Of a stretch of DNA of 64,000 nucleotides, positions 59,678 to 64,000 are shown piece by piece. The translations under genes and the position numbers were made by a program. The notes beneath the pieces are model-generated. The model did no database searches, was not told the origin of the DNA, and worked only from the letters and a program-made list of their open reading frames with translations. This DNA is from Vulcanimicrobiota bacterium (GTDB lineage Bacteria > Vulcanimicrobiota > Vulcanimicrobiia > Vulcanimicrobiales > Vulcanimicrobiaceae): positions 288,001-352,000 of the forward strand of contig CAWHWQ010000005.1 of the NCBI GenBank assembly GCA_963833095.1. The letters are read 5' to 3'. Within the stretch, counting starts at the first letter, position 1. The number at the start of each line of letters is the position of its first letter.

Positions 59678-61302
59678 CCCAGGCGACACTCGTAATGTTC
59701 GCGATCTTTGTCGCGATGGCGCTGGTCATCACGTATTGGGCCGCCGGGCGCAGCACCTCGCGTCGCGGCTTCTACACCGCGCACCGGGAGATCAGCGGCG
59801 TGCAAAACGGTTGGGCCATCGCCGGCGACTACATGTCGGCGACGTCCTTTCTGGGCATCACCGGCCTCATCGCATTCTACGGCTTCGACGGGTTCATGTA
59901 TTCAATCGGATGGCTCGTCGCCTACCTCACCGTTCTTTTGCTACTGGCCGAGCCGTTACGCAACACCGGGCGCTACACGGTCGCCGACGTGATTGCGTTT
60001 CGACTACGCGGGCGAGGCGTGCGGGCGATTGCGGCCGTCACCACGCTCATCATCACGCTCTTCTACATGGTAGCCCAGATGGTCGGTGCCGGGTCGCTCA
60101 TCAACCTCCTGGTCCAACGCATCAACGAAACTGACGCGATCATCGTCGTCGGTCTGCTGATGTTGATCTACGTGCTGTTCGGCGGCATGCTTGCGACTAC
60201 GTGGGTGCAGATTATCAAGGCCGCGCTTTTGCTTGCAGCCTCGATTGCGCTGAGCCTCCTTGTGCTCGCGCACTTCGGCTTCTCGCTTTTCGCGTTTCGT
60301 GACGCTGCAATGTCCACGAGCGCAGGCGGCCATACGGTCGACCTGCTTCATACGGGACTCTTCTTTTCCGGTCCGCACGGCGCATTCGACGTCGTTTCGC
60401 TCGGCCTCGCGCTCGTACTAGGAACCGCAGGACTTCCGCACGTCTTGATGCGCTTTTTCACGGTTCCAACCGCGCGCGCGGCGCGCATTTCGGTTGGCTG
60501 GGCGATGGGTCTCATCGGCGCTTTCTATATCTTGACGACGATTATGGGCCTGGGTGCGGGAACGATCGTCGGACAAGCCGACATCGGTAAACATCTGCGC
60601 GACACACAAGCGCTCCGTTACATCATCAGTCATCCCGGACAGGCGACGCAGCTCAATGCCGAGTTGGTGCGTAATCAGGGCTACATCGTTCCCATAGAGA
60701 ACAGCAACTTGGCAGCGCCGTTGCTAGCCGACAAGCTCGGCGGCCCGTTACTCACCGCGTTCGTCGCGGCGGTCGCTTTCGCGACGATCCTTGCCGTCGT
60801 CGCCGGGTTGACGATCGCCGCTGCATCGTCCTTTGCGCACGACATTTGGTATAGCTTGATTCGAAGCGGCGCGGGGACCGAGAGCGAGCATATCTTTGTG
60901 GCGCGGAGCGCCGCGTTGGTCGTCGGCTTTACTGCGATCTTTCTTTCGGTTGGGCTACGAACCGTCAACGTCGCGTTCTTGGTCGGCCTCGCTTTTGCGG
61001 TCGCGGCAAGCACGAACGCGCCCGCCTTGATTCTCGCGCTCACCTGGCGGCGCTTCTCGCGTACCGGAGCGATTTGCGGGATGCTCGCAGGATTGATTTC
61101 ATCGCTGGTGCTGATGGCGATCAGTCCCGCCGTCATGGGCGATCACGCGATCTTCCCGCTGCGCAATCCGGGTATCGTCTCAATTCCGCTGGGCTTCATT
61201 GCTGCGATCCTCGGCACGTTCATCGCACGCGACCCCGAATCTGAGGCAATGTTCAATCAGCTCCAAGTAAGAGCCAACACTGGAATAGGAGCAGAGATTT
61301 AG
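59674..61302 (+). CDS. actP: Cation/acetate symporter (SSS family)
   Basis: NGWAIAGDYMSA, GMLATTWVQIIKA, GTAGLPHVLMRFFTVP, AFATILAVVAGL. Confidence 0.92.
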   Translation: MTQATLVMFAIFVAMALVITYWAAGRSTSRRGFYTAHREISGVQNGWAIAGDYMSATSFLGITGLIAFYGFDGFMYSIGWLVAYLTVLLLLAEPLRNTGRYTVADVIAFRLRGRGVRAIAAVTTLIITLFYMVAQMVGAGSLINLLVQRINETDAIIVVGLLMLIYVLFGGMLATTWVQIIKAALLLAASIALSLLVLAHFGFSLFAFRDAAMSTSAGGHTVDLLHTGLFFSGPHGAFDVVSLGLALVLGTAGLPHVLMRFFTVPTARAARISVGWAMGLIGAFYILTTIMGLGAGTIVGQADIGKHLRDTQALRYIISHPGQATQLNAELVRNQGYIVPIENSNLAAPLLADKLGGPLLTAFVAAVAFATILAVVAGLTIAAASSFAHDIWYSLIRSGAGTESEHIFVARSAALVVGFTAIFLSVGLRTVNVAFLVGLAFAVAASTNAPALILALTWRRFSRTGAICGMLAGLISSLVLMAISPAVMGDHAIFPLRNPGIVSIPLGFIAAILGTFIARDPESEAMFNQLQVRANTGIGAEI

Positions 61303-61355
61303 CGTGCGCGAGCGCAGCGAGCCACCACGGCTCTAGTCGCGCGGCTTCGCTCGCG

Positions 61356-62180
61356 CTATATGTGAGTTGCGGAGTGGCCGGTGATTTGCATGCCGTACGT
61401 CCCCATGCGTAGCGTGAAGCTCGCAATATAGGTCCCTTTCGACGTTACGATCTGCGCGGTGACGGCGTAGGCGCCGTTGTCAGTGCGGCTCGTGCGTAGG
61501 TCGGCCACGTTGACCGTCACCTCCGGATTGATGAACGACTCGGTCGGCAATCCACCGGCCAAATAGCCTGCTGCCGTCGCCGAATCCCCGCGCGCGAGCG
61601 AGGAGATGTAGGCGCGCACGATCGCCGCGGCGTGTTCGGCGCTGTTTGCACCGGTAATAAGGACCGGCGTCGACGTCGCAATCGACGCCGTGGTCGGCGC
61701 GAACGCCGGCGGTGCGGTCGGCGGCGCTGTTGCAGGCGCGGGTCGCGTGGCGAACGTTACGCGGGTGGCGCTCGGCGTGGGTGTGAGGATCACGATTGCC
61801 GGCGTGGCATGCGTCGTTGGACGCGCCGTCGCAAGCGCTTTTGCGCTCGGGGAGGGCTTTGCGCTCGGTGACGCGCTCGCCGATGCTGATGCGCTCGGCG
61901 ATCCCGGCCCGCTCGGCGATGGCGTATGAGACAGCGCGGCTGTATGTGAGGGCGTCGGCGACGTCCTGGGCGCAAATGTCGCGGTGCTCTCCGGGAGAGG
62001 CGTGAAGCTTGGACGCGCGGTCGGTGCCTGCACGGGACCACCCGAACCAAAAACTTTCGTAAGCAAACCGCCGAGAAGCAACCCACCCAGAATCACCAAC
62101 ACCATCAATGGAATGATGGGAATTCCACCGCGTTTGGGTGGTTCGGGTTCAAGCCTGCGACGGCGCGGATAATCGCTCAA
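61356..62180 (-). CDS. Membrane-anchored Pro/Ser/Thr-rich hypothetical protein
   Basis: Basic N-terminus, one TM, long low-complexity linker, small C-terminal alpha/beta domain. Confidence 0.7.
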   Translation of the reverse strand: MSDYPRRRRLEPEPPKRGGIPIIPLMVLVILGGLLLGGLLTKVFGSGGPVQAPTARPSFTPLPESTATFAPRTSPTPSHTAALSHTPSPSGPGSPSASASASASPSAKPSPSAKALATARPTTHATPAIVILTPTPSATRVTFATRPAPATAPPTAPPAFAPTTASIATSTPVLITGANSAEHAAAIVRAYISSLARGDSATAAGYLAGGLPTESFINPEVTVNVADLRTSRTDNGAYAVTAQIVTSKGTYIASFTLRMGTYGMQITGHSATHI

Positions 62181-62193
62181 GCGTTAGTGGCCA

Positions 62194-62580
62194 CTAAAGG
62201 GCGCCCGAGATGCCGTCGACCAGTGGTGCAGGCAACTCGCCCAATTCGCTCGGGTTCTCCTCGGCGTAGTGCGTCATCGCTTCCTTGAGGAGTCCAGGAT
62301 TGACTCGCGCATAGTCGATAAGTGCAGCCACCGCGTGAATGTCGGCGCTTTGGAGCCGATCGAGCGCAGCGTTCGCGCCCTCGGCCGCATCCTCCGACGA
62401 TTCGCCGCGGTCGCGAAATGCATTGAAAATCGATGTTACCAGCGCGTGTAGGGCGTTGTGCGGCATCGAGGAGACGCCGCCACGCAGGACATCGGCCAGA
62501 GCGGCGTCATCCATGCGCGCAACATGCTTTTCGACCGCATCGACCAGCGTCTGCACCGGCACGTTCCCAAAGGGAGGCAT
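62194..62580 (-). CDS. Hypothetical helical protein
   Basis: ATG at 62580 (MPPFGNVPV...AFRDRGESSEDAAEGA). Confidence 0.65.
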   Translation of the reverse strand: MPPFGNVPVQTLVDAVEKHVARMDDAALADVLRGGVSSMPHNALHALVTSIFNAFRDRGESSEDAAEGANAALDRLQSADIHAVAALIDYARVNPGLLKEAMTHYAEENPSELGELPAPLVDGISGAL

Positions 62581-62641
62581 CGGAGAGTACGGTACTCCCT
62601 CGCGGCAGGCGGCTCCTCGAAGATGCGCCAAAAGATACGTC

Positions 62642-62962
62642 GTGATTCGCGTTCGCGTGCCGCTCGATCTCCACGCCGTCACCGCTGCCGGCTCGGCGGC
62701 GTTTGCCCTCGCGACGCCGTTACGCATTCGCGATCTCCTTGCGCTCGCCGTGCGCGAATCGATCGGGCCACGCGCGCCGCACGACAAATTCCAGCGCAGC
62801 ATGGTCCGCACGCTCGCAGGGCTCGCCGCAGGCGACTTTACGGTCGACATCGACGGCCGCCTTTTCGCCGATGGCGAGGCGGTCGTCGTGTGCGAAGGTT
62901 CGGTCGCCGTGCGCTTCTTCGTTAGCCGCGGTCGACGCGCGGGCCTCGAGCTACAGCCGTAG
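62642..62962 (+). CDS. Hypothetical protein (start uncertain)
   Basis: The 3' part of ORF 62339..62962 fills the gap between neighbours with a plausible alpha/beta sequence. Confidence 0.5.
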   Translation: MIRVRVPLDLHAVTAAGSAAFALATPLRIRDLLALAVRESIGPRAPHDKFQRSMVRTLAGLAAGDFTVDIDGRLFADGEAVVVCEGSVAVRFFVSRGRRAGLELQP

Positions 62963-63066
62963 ATCCTTCACCAACGCCGACGCCGCATGCGCCGCTCCTT
63001 GTCTTAGCCCGGCGCGCCCTGCAGTCGCTCGCGCGTCACGCGCTGGTCTATTTCATTAGCGCCGTC

Positions 63067-63702
63067 GTGGTCATTGCGCTGGAAGCCGCCATCGTATTCA
63101 CGTGGCGGGCGAATATAGCCGTAACGCTGCCGGTTGCAAGCGTCGTGGTTGAGCCATTTTTTGTCGCGATCGTCACCGCTTTTACCTATGCCGACGTCAG
63201 AGTAGATTTTCCAATGGGAGCCGTGTGGCTTCGCGTCCTCGAACGCTCGTGGGCGGTGCTCGTGATCGGGCTCTTAGTCAACCTGGTCGCGGCTCTGGGC
63301 TTTCAATCAATAGCCATCGCCGATCCGTTTCAAAAGCTGCTTGGGGCCGCGGTCCTCGTCGTCGCTATCTCGCTCATTTTTGCCGACGTTCACGCAACCG
63401 TGATCGATGATGCCGAACCATGGTGGCTGCTCGTGCCGCGATCGCTCAGCGCGAGTATGGTCGTCGTATGGCAAGGCCTTGCCTTCGCTCGCGCAATCAT
63501 TCTCTTCGCGCTCCAGATGTTGGTGCCAACGCTGCTAAGCTTGCTCGCGGTGGCCGCGCTCGACAAACGCCACGTGCCGCAAGCGCCGTTTTGGGCAAAC
63601 GCGGTGACCGTTGTGCTTCTCTTGGCGCCTGTGCAAGCGTTTTGCACCTATGTGTACCTCGACTTAATCGGGTATGAATCAAAGCACACTTGCAGCCGAT
63701 GA
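63067..63702 (+). CDS. Hypothetical multi-TM membrane protein
   Basis: About six hydrophobic segments; the frame is open further upstream, so the start is uncertain. Confidence 0.65.
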   Translation: MVIALEAAIVFTWRANIAVTLPVASVVVEPFFVAIVTAFTYADVRVDFPMGAVWLRVLERSWAVLVIGLLVNLVAALGFQSIAIADPFQKLLGAAVLVVAISLIFADVHATVIDDAEPWWLLVPRSLSASMVVVWQGLAFARAIILFALQMLVPTLLSLLAVAALDKRHVPQAPFWANAVTVVLLLAPVQAFCTYVYLDLIGYESKHTCSR

Positions 63703-63719
63703 TAGTCTAAAGGTAGGAG

Positions 63720-64000
63720 ATGCAATTCCCGATTCGGGTCGCCGTCGTCGCTGCCGCGCTGATCCCCTCGCTCACTCTGCACGCGCTCGCCGATCAGGTC
63801 TACGGCGTCGCCGGAGAGGACACGTATCGCATAGGACGGGTGGTTAGCGAGACGCACATCACCTATCGCGGCGTCGAGCATCTCGGCGTCGCAACCGATA
63901 GCCATGGGCGCCGTTACGTCGCTGACGTCACCTACACGCGGGTCGACGATGCGGGCAAAGCGTCAGTTCGCGGAAAATTCGAGCAGGAGCTTCTTGGCGA
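63720..64000 (+). CDS. Secreted hypothetical protein (truncated by window end)
   Basis: AGGAG then ATG at 63720; MQFPIRVAVVAAALIPSLTLHALADQVY signal peptide; open to the window end. Confidence 0.65.
   Translation, partial: MQFPIRVAVVAAALIPSLTLHALADQVYGVAGEDTYRIGRVVSETHITYRGVEHLGVATDSHGRRYVADVTYTRVDDAGKASVRGKFEQELLG

Noticed and set aside
196..63905. Numerous long antisense or alternate-frame ORFs in the track
   Set aside because: They shadow well-supported genes and are Arg/Ala-rich, as expected from high GC; no independent motifs.

Overview
GC-rich bacterial chromosomal segment, densely coding, with mostly housekeeping and catabolic genes. The gene repertoire (stalk-domain outer-membrane protein, orphan lipoprotein peptide SBPs, PDZ/GAF membrane protein) resembles Ca. 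Eremiobacterota/Vulcanimicrobiota, but that is an unverified impression. In order, the window holds: a CHASE2 adenylate/guanylate cyclase, tandem PilZ proteins, fumC, two M55 D-aminopeptidases, an ArsR-P450 pair, a phenylacetate catabolic operon (paaZABCDEGIJK with a TetR PaaR), an orphan 2-oxoacid dehydrogenase E1 alpha, NDH-2, an Ahb/Nir-like gene coupled to two peptide SBPs, MFP+TolC, a nitrilase...TldD/PmbA run, proC, folD, a suf cluster lacking sufB, and DUF485-actP. No rRNA, tRNA, CRISPR array or transposase was recognised. Many conserved genes carry frameshifts, clustered at about 0-8 kb and 49.5-53 kb; these are most likely long-read indel errors. The best unannotated signal is a 20-codon Pro-rich leader peptide (MTYVHIPPCPPQPHQEMPVR) with mutually exclusive antiterminator/terminator hairpins directly upstream of proC, a candidate proline-sensing ribosomal attenuator. 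A second small ORF plus terminator (MIDLKAKGKKRKAAH) precedes a lower-GC DUF4760-like gene, and a 220-nt nested palindromic element lies at 25.2-25.45 kb.
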